From contig OZ037773.1 of NCBI GenBank assembly GCA_964035545.1, positions 9,081,751 to 9,145,750 on the forward strand: a stretch of 64,000 nucleotides of DNA, given 5' to 3'. Positions within the stretch are counted from its first letter, which is position 1. Each line of letters starts with the position of its first letter. Under the pieces are notes generated by a model. It had not been told where the DNA came from, did not search any database, and saw only the letters and a program-made list of their open reading frames with translations. Below, piece after piece: positions 44,087 through 56,100 of the stretch. The DNA is from Bugula neritina. Taxonomy: Eukaryota; Animalia; Bryozoa. Both the position numbers and the translations under genes were made by a program.

Positions 44087-44551
44087 TATTAGAAACAATA
44101 TAACAGTTGTTCTTTCCACAACTGAAATGTTAATTTAACTAAAGAAAACTTTTTTTGATATAAAATACAAAATTATACAACTTTTCATGATTTATTCTGT
44201 ACTTTATGATTAGTTTTGCAAAATAAATGGCTTGCTCTATGTTTCATTATAATTTAGCCAGAGCTGCACAGCAACATCAAACAGTTTTACAAAATGCAAT
44301 TTATCTTCGTTAAAAAGATTTCTTGCTGGTATGAAGTTTCAGCAAGTTGAAAAAATGTGTTTAAAGTTTACATTAGTTAGGTATAATATTAATTCTTTGG
44401 GGAATTGCCAGCAAAATTGCTTCAAACTTCATGTCCTATGTTATACTTATTGTAGTTGTTGTTGTCCTTATGTAGCCCTTTGTGTATCTCTATAAGGTTG
44501 GAGCCTGTTATTAGCTTTATAATGAAAGCCATTACCTCTAAAATTACTTAG

Positions 44552-46945
44552 ACCATGTAAAAGTCAGCCGATCAGCAAAGTGTACCAGGTCAACACCCCA
44601 CTAATATAGCTTATATAAAATTCTGCAAGTTCAGTTGCAAAATGCATTCTTCTAGAAAGCAGTTGTGCAACTTTTTTTAAGTGCATTACTTTATTTCATA
44701 TCTTAAATTTATGACACTCTGATGTATTTTCAAAACATCTAAAGTAAGTGTGTATAAAATGCAATTAAAAATTGTATGTCTAAAAAAATGACCTGGTACA
44801 CTTTTGCAGCTGAAGGCCAGTTGTTACATAACTCTTAGCTTTATTTGTTCTCTATTATACTAGTATGAACTCTTGTTCTCCAATATGCCAGCTTTTGGTA
44901 CAGAACTCTGATTAGCTGGGTTTTTGAATGGTTTTCTAATACATACATCTGATTGCCTGAATAGTGTACACTCCGTCTACCTTTACATGGTGCAAGCTAC
45001 AGGGTAGTATTATACCATCTTTCTGTTTATCAATCTTTTGTTCATAATAGTAAATAGGCTATTTAGCAAGGATTTTATGGCGTGTAAGCCATGGGAACTA
45101 CTAAAGAGGTTTAATCAACCATCACTGCTGCTAATATTGCTTATGCATCTGTCCCATTATAGTTCTTTCTACTAAACTTTGAAATTGTTTCAATAAACAT
45201 TAGTAGTTAAACCACATGTATTTATTATTTATCTGTAGGGTTTAGCAGTTTACATATTTAGAAAAGATGTTTTATATAGAGTATTCATCTATCACCTAAA
45301 GTAGTTCACTTGCTGTCTTGACTTATTTAGTTAAGGTTATAATTTAACATGCGACAATCCTATACTCAGTAAAGAATAAACTTTTTTGGTTGCAATTTTT
45401 TTTAGGAGTAAATTAGCTTCATTTATACTTGTCTTTAAAGTCTATCAAAATTGACCACCTCATTACTAGTCATTGCCCGATAATACTTCAGTGTTTAAAG
45501 TAAGAATGATTTATAACCATTGCTTAAACACAACATTCATTAAAATTAATGTTGTTATAGCTGCATGGGTTTAAACCAGCTACTAAGTAAAGCAATAGTT
45601 GTTTGTCAGAAGTATTTGCTTAAATTCATGAACAAAGCCTTGTCTCATACAGCCAGATTACTATGCATAGTCACAACATTATGTAATGCATGTTGACACC
45701 CATTACATTCTGTTTGAATGGTAAAGTATTGGGTAAAGCCTTCAGCTAGCATTTCTTGAAAGTCCTATTGTCTGCTGGGATCTCTGCAATCTGCAGCCAC
45801 CCTCTATAACTGATGAAGTCTAGTACTTTCTCTATAACTGATGAAATCCAGTACTTTCATAGAAAAATTTCTTACGATATTTTAAAGCTATGAGATTAGG
45901 TCGTGTAAAAACATTATGTTATCATAAGCAGCATAAATTGCAATTTCTCTACACCAATAATTTATGTGTTTATAATTCATTGAAAGAAAAACCTATGTTG
46001 TTGCTAAACTTGCATTTTAAATCCTGCAAGTAAATATAATATGACTAGTTCAACCTATTGTCCAAATATAAGAGACAAACAGTATTTTAGGTTCAGAAAC
46101 GGCCAACTCAGGCTTAGCATAAGCTGCAATACACATTTTTTAAGCTATGGTATTGGTAAGCTGAAGAATAGGGTAGTCTAAAAGAAATGCATTTAAAAAC
46201 TGTACATGATAGTTTACCAAAGCTAAATCATTGAATAATTGCTTGTTATTTTCTATGAGTGAAGGAGGGATTTTATTATCTGAAGAAAATTGAATAAGTT
46301 TATATGAGAATATTGGTAGTAACACTATGATGTAGACTTGCTATTACAAGCTAAAATATATACAGCAGAGAGGGTTGATGGTTCCCATGGCTTACATGCC
46401 ATAAAATCTTTGCTGAATAGCCTATTTACTATTGTGAACAAAAGATTAGTAAACAGAAAGTTGGTATAATACTACCCTGTAGCTTGCACCATGTAAATGT
46501 AGATGGAGTGTGCACTATTCAGGCAATCAGATGTATGTATTAGAAAACCATTCAAAAACCCAGCTAATCAGAGTTCTGTACCAAAATCTGGTGGCTCATT
46601 ACCAGCTGGCATATTGGAGAACAAGAGTTCATACTAGTATAATAGAGAACAAATAAAGCTAAGAGTTATGTAACAACTGGCCTTCAGCTGCAAAAGTGTA
46701 CCAGGTCATTTTTGTAGACATACAATTTTTAATTGCATTTTATACACACTCAATTTAATTGTTTTGAAAAATACATCAAAGATCATAAATTTAAGATATG
46801 AAATAAAGTAATGCACTTGAAAAAAGTTGCACAACTGCTTTCTAGAAGCATGCATTTTGCAACTGAACTTGCAGAATTTTATATAAACTATAATAGTGGG
46901 GTGTTGACCTGGTACACAATGCTGATCGGCTGACTTTTACATGGT
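44552..46945. mobile_element. Foldback element or long inverted duplication (~575-bp arms, ~1.2-kb spacer)
   Basis: 44552-~45130 is the reverse complement of ~46362-46945 with scattered substitutions and a small insertion in the right arm (~46587-46605). No TSD recognised. Confidence 0.75.
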
Positions 46946-49029
46946 TTTACACGGCAGCTGTTCGAGTTCTCCATAAACTTTTAGTAGTCAATTAAGTTGC
47001 TTAGCCTGGTTGGGCCCAGGCCGAGAAAGGCAACAGTAAATAAGTTGAGTCTAACCTTTTGCCATTAATTTCAAATCACAAACTTACTTTAGGTGTTTAT
47101 ACATAAAAATATTCAAGCATTTAATGAGCCACGGTTGTAAAAATCTTAAACTTCTTTTGCTGAGGCAGAACATTTTATTTATTAAGTTTCCTGTGTAACA
47201 GGTTAGCTACTTGACTAATACTACATATCTTACAGTTGCTAGCCTTTGCTAAGTCTAAACTAAATGGCTGTTTTTTCTTCAATATAGGAAAGAAAAATGT
47301 AAGTAGGTCCAAAAAAGTTAGGCAATCTAAAGACACCCATCATTAATTTCAATTTGCCGTAGTTCTTGGCCTAATGTATTGGGATAGGAGGTTGTTAAAA
47401 GATTTTATTTTGTAAATTCTTACTTTGCCTGTCACTTAGTAAGGATAAGAGCAAATCCACTGTTAAGCTATTATACTAATTACCAAATAGCCACAATGTC
47501 CACATCCATGTCTACTTTTTAGTTGTATTGTTTAGAGGTATTACAGCTGCAAATATTTAGCCATTCTACAGTTATCTAGTGTATTTGCTCCAACTGTGTT
47601 TACATGAGACATACTCAGGGTTTCCCCCAGCTTCTATTAATTGCATGCAACAAAATATTTCCAGCAAAATACATATTATTTATAAAAAGTACAATTTTCA
47701 TTTTTTAACGCTTTTAAATATAGCTGTTCAGTAGGCAGTCTAAGTAGAATATATTGTTTGGCGTCTATATGGAGGGGGTTGTCTATTTGGAATTAAACTG
47801 AATTGTTACTCTTATAGAGACGGATGACCAGTGTAACACTGGTGCTACATGCCTTTTTCAAACTTTAAAACTAGTTGCTGAATTGGTTTCCCTGTTTTGA
47901 AAATTTTTCAAGTAAAATAATGCAGCTAGAAAAAGTATTGTTCGCGCAATGGGTGAATAACAAAATCTAGACTTCTTGCTAGTCATATAATTTGACTACC
48001 AACAAAAAGAGTAAGACATGTATAAATAGTTTTCAATAATATGTGTTAATAACTTTGAATTCATCATCTCTACTGATTCCCATTAGATTTATTGTGAATG
48101 AAACTTGGTGTAGGGCCTATCTTATATTCTACAGGGTCTAATATTTAGTAGCAAGGGTAAGCTGCAAGCATTTCTTAATATTTCCTATTATAAAAGTCCG
48201 TGTTGTAGTGACAGCAGACAAGATCTCAGCTATTATGCCCTCAGTCAGTTAAAAAGGTCTCTCATAGAGACTATAAACTCTGCGTGTACTGAGATAACAC
48301 AAAACCAAGAAAAATAGAACAGCTAGCTTGAAATTTTTTCTTTATTGTACAGTATTTGAGGGTAAACTCCTTCAAACGAATTTATAAATATGAGAGTGCT
48401 TTTGAAGTTGCAGCCAAATAGGCTAATTATAGGATTCCTGTATAAGGTTCAAACTAAGGTACCCCTCTTAGCAGCCATTTTTAGTAAATTAAAAACTTCT
48501 AAGCTTACTTAAGTTTCCTGATTAAAATGATTATGAAGATGCAAAGAAACTAGGCCCAAAACTACAGGGGGTCTATTATCTTTTGCATAATTGTAGGGAT
48601 GTGGTCTCCCTCTATAGACCTTAGTAAAAGTAATTGCAGGAACAGATAATTTTCTCTGTTACTAGCAGTATATGTATACGAGAAATTTTGTCAAAGCTGC
48701 TATTCTGACACTGGAAAGTTACATTTCAGCTAAGTAAAGGTTGCTGGGAAACCATATAGTACTTTTAAACACTATAACTAAATTGTTAGAAAAAATGCTT
48801 GTTTCTACCAGAAGCAAAAATAAAAATTTGAGCAGCAAATTGGAGACAGCAAAATGTATGTATCTTCTTAGGTTGATAATTTTTTTAATTTGAAAACGTG
48901 CTGCATATAACAAAAAAAAACTTCTAAAGCTGAAAGTCATAATTGCAGAGAAAGACATCAAATTAAAAATATGCAAATTAATAAACCTACTATGATACAC
49001 ATCAGACGCTGTGGACTGTGCTTGCTGAT

Positions 49030-52000
49030 ATAGGGCACACATAGTATACATCAACTCATATGGGGCAGATATAGTATACACAGGCTTATGGGGATCGCAT
49101 ACATGCAGCATATATGAGCTCATAAGGGGCACATATAACATATCTAGGCTCATAGCAGCACATAAATAGTATATGAGCTCAAAGATGGCACATAAAATAT
49201 ATACAAGTTCATAGGGGGCAGATATAGAATATATAAGCTCATAGGGGGCAGATATAATATATATATATATAAGTTCATAGGAGGCAGATATAATATATAT
49301 AAGTTCATAGGGGGCAGATATGGAATATATAGGCTCATAGGGGGCACATAAAATATATATAAGTTCACAGGGGGCAGATATAATATATATAAGTTCATAG
49401 GGGGCAGATATAGAATATATAGGCTCATAGGGGGCAGATATAAAATATATAGGCTTATAGGGGGCAGATATAGAATGTATAGGCTTATAGGGGGCAGATT
49501 AGAATATATATAGGCTTATAGGGGGCAGATATAGAATATATAGGCTCATAGGGGGCAGATATAATATATTATATAAGCTCATAGGGGGCAGATATAATAC
49601 ATATATATAAGTTCATAGGGGGCAGATATAATATATATATAGGTTCATAGGGGGCAGATATAGAATATATAGGCTCATAGGGGGCAGATATAATATATAT
49701 AAGTTCATAGGGGCAGATATAATATATAAGTTCATAGGGGGCAGATATAGAATATATAGGTTCATAGGAGGCACATAAAATATATATAAGTTCACAGGGG
49801 GCAGATATAATATATATAAGTTCATAGGGGGCAGATATAGAATATATAGGCTCATAGGGGGCAGATATAATATATAAGCTCACAACAACTCAAATATAAT
49901 TTTTTAACGGAGATGCAGGCCAGATTTCTATACAAGTTCTACCTCAAGCCCTGGCACAGTTATAGCAACTGAAATGATATTATCATCACTGTAAATAAGT
50001 GTTTCCAACAGTGAAAGAGGGCACATATCTAGGTTCATAGCGGGCAGATATGGAGTATATAGGCTCATAGGGGCAGATATATTATATATATATATTCAAG
50101 TTCATAGGGGGCAGATATAATATATATATAGGTTCATAGGGGGCAGATATAGAATATATATGCCCATAGGGGGCAGATATAATATATATATATAAGTTCA
50201 TAGGGGGCAGATATAATATATATATAAGTTCATAGGGGGCAGATATAATATATATATATAAGTTCATAGGGGGCAGATATAATATATATATAGGTTCATA
50301 GGGGGCAGATATAATATATATATAGGTTCATAGGGGGCAGATATAGAATATATAGGTTCATAGGGGGCAGATATAGAATATATAGGCTCATAGGGGGCAG
50401 ATATAATATATAAGTTGATAGGGGGCAGATATAGAATATATAGGTTCATAGGGGGCACATAAAATATATATAAGTTCACAGGGGGCAGATATAATATATA
50501 AGTTGATAGGGGGCAGATATAATATATAAGTTGATAGGGGGCAGATATAGAATATATAGGTTCATAGGGGGCACATAAAATATATATAAGTTCATAGGGG
50601 GCAGATATAATATATATAAGTTCATAGGGGGCAGATATAGAATATATAGGCTCATAGGGGGCAGATATAATATATATAGGCTCATAGGGGGGCAGATAAT
50701 AAATATATAGGCTCATAGGGGGCAGATATAGAATATATAAGTTCATAGGGGGCAGATATAGAATATATAAGCTCATAGGGGGCAGATATAGAATATATAG
50801 GCTTATAGGGAGCAGATATAGAATATATAAGCTCATAGGGGGCAGATATGGAATATATAGGCTCATAGGGGGCACATAAAATATATATAAGTTCATAGGG
50901 GGCAGATATAGAATATATAGGCTCATAGGGGGCAGATATAATATATATATAAGTTCATACGGGCAAATATAGAGTATATAGGCTCATAGGGGGCAGATAT
51001 AGAATATATAAGCTCATAGGGGGCAGATGTAGAATATATAGGCTTATAGGGGGCAGATATAGAATATATAAGCTCATAGGGGGCAGATATAGAATATATA
51101 GGCTCATAGGGGGCACATAAAATATATATAAGTTCACAGGGGGCAGATATAATATATATAAGTTCATAGGGGGCAGATATAGAATATATAGGCTCATAGG
51201 GGGCAGATATAAAATATATAGGCTTATAGGGGGCAGATATAGAATGTATAGGCTTATAGGGGGCAGATTAGAATATATATAGGCTTATAGGGGGCAGATA
51301 TAGAATATATAGGCTCATAGGGGGCAGATATAATATATTATATAAGCTCATAGGGGGCAGATATAATATATATATATAAGTTCATAGGGGGCAGATATAA
51401 TATATATATATAGGTTCATAGGGGGCAGATATAGAATATATAGGCTCATAGGGGGCAGATATAATATATATAAGTTCATAGGGGCAGATATAATATATAA
51501 GTTCATAGGGGGCAGATATAGAATATATAGGTTCATAGGGGGCACATAAAATATATATAAGTTCACAGGGGGCAGATATAATATATATAAGTTCATAGGG
51601 GGCAGATATAGAATATATAGGCTCATAGGGGGCAGATATAATATATAAGCTCACAACAACTCAAATATAATTTTTTAACGGAGATGCAGGCCAGATTTCT
51701 ATACAAGTTCTACCTCAAGCCCTGGCACAGTTATAGCAACTGAAATGATATTATCATGATCACTGTAAATAAGTGTTTCCAACAGTGAAAGAGGGCACAT
51801 ATCTAGGTTCATAGCGGGCAGATATGGAGTATATAGGCTCATAGGGGCAGATATAATATATATATATATATTCAAGTTCATAGGGGGCAGATATAATATA
51901 TATATAGGTTCATAGGGGGCAGATATAATATATATATATATAAGTTCATAGGGGGCAGATATAATATATATATATATAAGTTCATAGGGGGCAGATATAA

Positions 52001-52775
52001 TATATATATAGGTTCATAGGGGGCAGATATAGAATATATAGGCTCATAGGGGGCAGATATAATATATATAAGTTCATAGGGGGCAGATATATAATATAAG
52101 TTGATAGGGGGCAGATATAGAATATATAGGTTCATAGGGGGCACATAAAATATATATAAGTTCACAGGGGGCAGATATAATATATAAGTTGATAGGGGGC
52201 AGATATAGAATATATAGGTTCATAGGGGGCACATAAAATATATATAAGTTCATAGGGGGCAGATATAATATATATATAAGTTCATAGGGGGCAGATATAG
52301 AATATATAGGCTCATAGGGGGCAGATATAACATATATAGGCTCATAGGGGGCAGATATAGAATATATAAGTTCATAGGGGGCAGATATAGAATATATAAG
52401 CTCATACGGGCAGATATAGAGTATATAGGCTCATAGGGGGCAGATATAGAATATATAAGCTCATAGGGGGCAAATATAGAATATATAAACTCATAGGGGG
52501 CAGATATAGACTATAAGCTCATACGGGACAAATATAATATATATAAGTTCATAGGGGGCAGATATAGAATATATAGGCTCATAGGGGGCAGATATGGTAT
52601 ATATAGGCTCATAGGGGGCAGATATAATATATATAAGCTCACAACAACTCAAATATAATTTTTTTAACGGAGATGCGGGCCAGATTTCTATACAAGTTCT
52701 ACCTTAAGCCCTGGCACAATTATAGCAACTGAAATGATATTATTATCAATGTAATTAAGTGTTTCCAACAGTGAA
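49030..52775. repeat. Large ~27-33-bp minisatellite array (core CATAGGGGGCAGATATA) with three copies of a ~140-bp unique spacer (higher-order repeat)
   Basis: Over 100 units visible. The spacer TCACAACAACTCAAAT...CCAACAGTGAAA starts at ~49880, ~51651 and ~52639. Confidence 0.95.
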
Positions 52776-53103
52776 AAAACGTTACATTAGTTTTTGGGAA
52801 GACAACTCCCTAATTTGATATTTTATAATACCATAGGGGGCTTTTTGTATATATATACAGAACCCCCTCTGGTATTGGAAAATATCAAATTGTCCTTCTG
52901 TGAGCCTATTTTTAAAATAGTGTCTATATACCATAACAGACTGTTCTGAGTAATTTAAAACACTCAAACATGGTGCCCCCTATGAGCAGCCCCCTATGGG
53001 CATAGAGCCCCCTATGGATGTTTTACATACCAAATTGACCACCTATGAACCCAAATATGAATCTATATATATATATATATATATATAAGTGATATTTTGT
53101 AGA

Positions 53104-56100
53104 ATGATTCTGGGACTGATTATATTAAATTTACTTTGTTCTTCAAAAGCTAACTATACTCAAGGTTAGTATTTTTCACATTTATAAAAATTTTCTGCTA
53201 AAATCTCTTACTAAAACGATTCTAGAATTCTAATAAAACATAACAATAATGCACTTAAAAATTATTTATATATACTTAATTAAAACAGATATTTTTCTTA
53301 TAACACCTCCTTGGCAAAAATCATAATTATTTTACAGAAATATATTATTATATTATAAATTAGGTTATTTTTAGTTCAGTTTCACCTCTCAACAATTTTA
53401 TAACTGAGCCATGACGGGCATGTTTTGACAGTCATGCAGTTGGTAAAACTTAACGAGCGTTCTTATAATAAAAATCCTAATCTAACCCTAATGTGGGAGC
53501 TTTTATTTTTGCAAAAAATCAAATTTATACAATTGAGTAAAGCAACTATCAAAATATTTAATTATTTGGAATTTCACAAAAGTAATACTGTGTCTTAAAA
53601 TCATGCTAAGAAGATTTCTAACAGTTTAAAGCTTTGCGGACTCTTTTGTAATTTTCTGAATATTTTCAATATATCCTAAATATTTAAGGAGAGTTTTAAT
53701 ATTATATGTGACATTTAGTACATCTTCAGTATTGTATACATTAAAGTTTAATACAAGTTAGAACATAGTTTTTGTTGACAGATTTCTCTAACTGTGGAAC
53801 AGCAAGTTTACAAGAAAATGGAACCCTAAATACCTCCAGCCCACTGATCTGGAGAAAGCTACAGACAAGAAGTATTGTTGAGTGCACAGTAGAATGTTGG
53901 AAGAGCTTTCCATTTCAGTGTAATGCAGTTTTCAGAAATGATAAAGGTACATCTCTTACTATTTTTAAGAAAACAGAAAATCAAAAGACTAAATTTATAG
54001 TTATAAAAATTTTACAAGAAAATGATTAAGACTCCCAAGACCTATTAGTAGCGAAACAACACCCTAACACTTTACATTCTTGTGCAGTATAGGCTACTTT
54101 CTGTATTAAACATTGTTTTTGTTATAGTTTTCATTTTGCTGTATTGCGCAAATATATTTTAGATATTTATATATGATGAGGTTAGTAATTGGTTGAAATA
54201 AAAGAATTATGCAAAATAAGAGTATTTTATTGCACAATTCTGTACAAGTATGGAAGGCATTAATAATATAAAATGACGTGTTATACAAGCAAACTTCATG
54301 TGCAAATATAATCAATATTTTATTTGTTATATTTTAATTATGAAGGTAAACAACTTTATTTGTTTAAAGTTATGTCTTAGTTTCAGTCAATATTTTTAGA
54401 TAATCAGTAGAACATATTTACATCTTATAGTTTTCAGCAGTCACGCAAACTGCAGCATGTTTTAATTCAAAGCTTTCACTTACCAAAAACAATGATATTC
54501 GAAATTTAAATGCTGACGTCAAAAATCTTGAAACCTAAAACCATGATTGATTTTTAAACTGCATAAATTAATATTCAAACGGAAAACCAATGCTTCAGTT
54601 TTTGACTTTGCATGTCAAGCAACTGACCATATTTGGTATTTAACCATAAAACCTATAATATGGTCATGTGACTGACACTTGATCATGTGACTGAAACTTG
54701 GTCATGTGACTGATATAGCAGTTATTTTACAGGCACCTGCTACGAGTTGAATGTAGAGGAGGCAGATGTAGACATAGAACTGTTTAATGCCAGTAAAAAT
54801 ACTAAAGACATTGTAGCTGGACAGTTTATCAAACTAATAAAGAAAGGCAAGGTAATAACATTGGAAATCTAACAACACAGTTTTACAATGAGGGGCACAA
54901 ACTGGTATTATAGTTAAACTGAATTATCCTTGAAAAATTAATTTTTATGATCAGTTCTTGGTGCACATCAATTAGTTAATTTGCGCTCAAGTACATCTTC
55001 ACTAGCTTTTATCCTTTACCAAGTTCTTTTATAGCATTTAGATAAAAGCAGTTTACTGCTTTGTTTATACTTATTGAAACTTTTAGGCGTTTGAAAGGCT
55101 TGCAAGTTAATTATTAGATCAAAGTTATGCCAGCAGGAATTTTTTTAGGAATTATGCTCACATATAGTTGGAAACTTTTAGAGATTTATTCTATCCAAAT
55201 GAAAAGCTATATATGTTGGACTAAGGTTTACCAATAAGTTCACTACCCAATCATAGATGATGTAAATGTAATCTAAAACCAACTTTAACAGATTTGAATG
55301 CTATAAGAGCTTAATTAATGTCGTACTAATTAATTGTCTATTTTTAGCTATAAGAATTAAGTATTATACTAAATACTTATACCTGCTAGGAAACATAATT
55401 ACAATTTGTGCCCTTAATTCAAAGCATAATGAAATGTCCATTTAAATGATTTTAAAACTATATAGATTATACAGGCACAGCTTTCCAAGTTTTATTGGTA
55501 GCCCAGTATATTTTGTAATTCCTGTTAACTGCTATATAGCTAATAAATAACCTAACATATTTTGACTGCAGAGAGCTGATTGTGGGGAAAGAAACTGCAC
55601 AGAAAGTGAGATCTGCATTAAAGGTTGCGGTGAGGAGAGTCTGGCAGAACCTGCATGTGTGGGTAAGTGTAATCTGCATGTGTGGGTAAGTGTAATCTGC
55701 ATGTGTAGGTAGGTGTAATCTGCATGTGTGGGTAAGTGTAATCTGCATGTGTGGGTAAGTGTAATCTGCATGTGTAAGTAAGTGTAACCTGCATGTGTGG
55801 GTAGGTGTAATCTGCATGTGTGGGTAAGTGTAATCTGCATGTGTGGGTAAGTGTAATCTGCATGTGTGGGTAAGTGTAATCTGCATGTGTGGGTAAGTGT
55901 AACCTGCATGTGTGGGTAAGTGTAATCTGCATGTGTGAGTAAGTGTAAACTGCATGTGTAGGTAAGCGTAAACTGCATGTGTGGGTAAGTGTAATCTGCA
56001 TGTGTGAGTAAGTGTAAACTGCATGTGTAGGTAAGCGTAAACTGCATGTGTGAGTAAGTGTAAACTGCATGTGTAAGTAAGTGTGACCTGCATCTAATAA

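Larger units (their letters stand above)
37227..53063. mobile_element. ~15.8-kb TIR DNA-transposon-like element bounded by (TA)n, possibly a degenerate Mutator-like element with nested insertions
   Basis: Left end ATTCTTAAATGTGGTTTCATAGGGGG versus reverse-complemented right end ATTCATATTTGGGTTCATAGGTGG. Perfect 24-bp inverted match at 37244-37267 / 52975-52998. (TA)n directly abuts both ends. No intact transposase. Confidence 0.6.

Noticed and set aside
49150-52165. Many YLPPM/ISAPYE ORFs; CRISPR-like look of repeats with spacers
   Set aside because: These are minisatellite translations. Units are adjacent and the three spacers are copies of each other, so this is not a CRISPR array; the context is eukaryotic.
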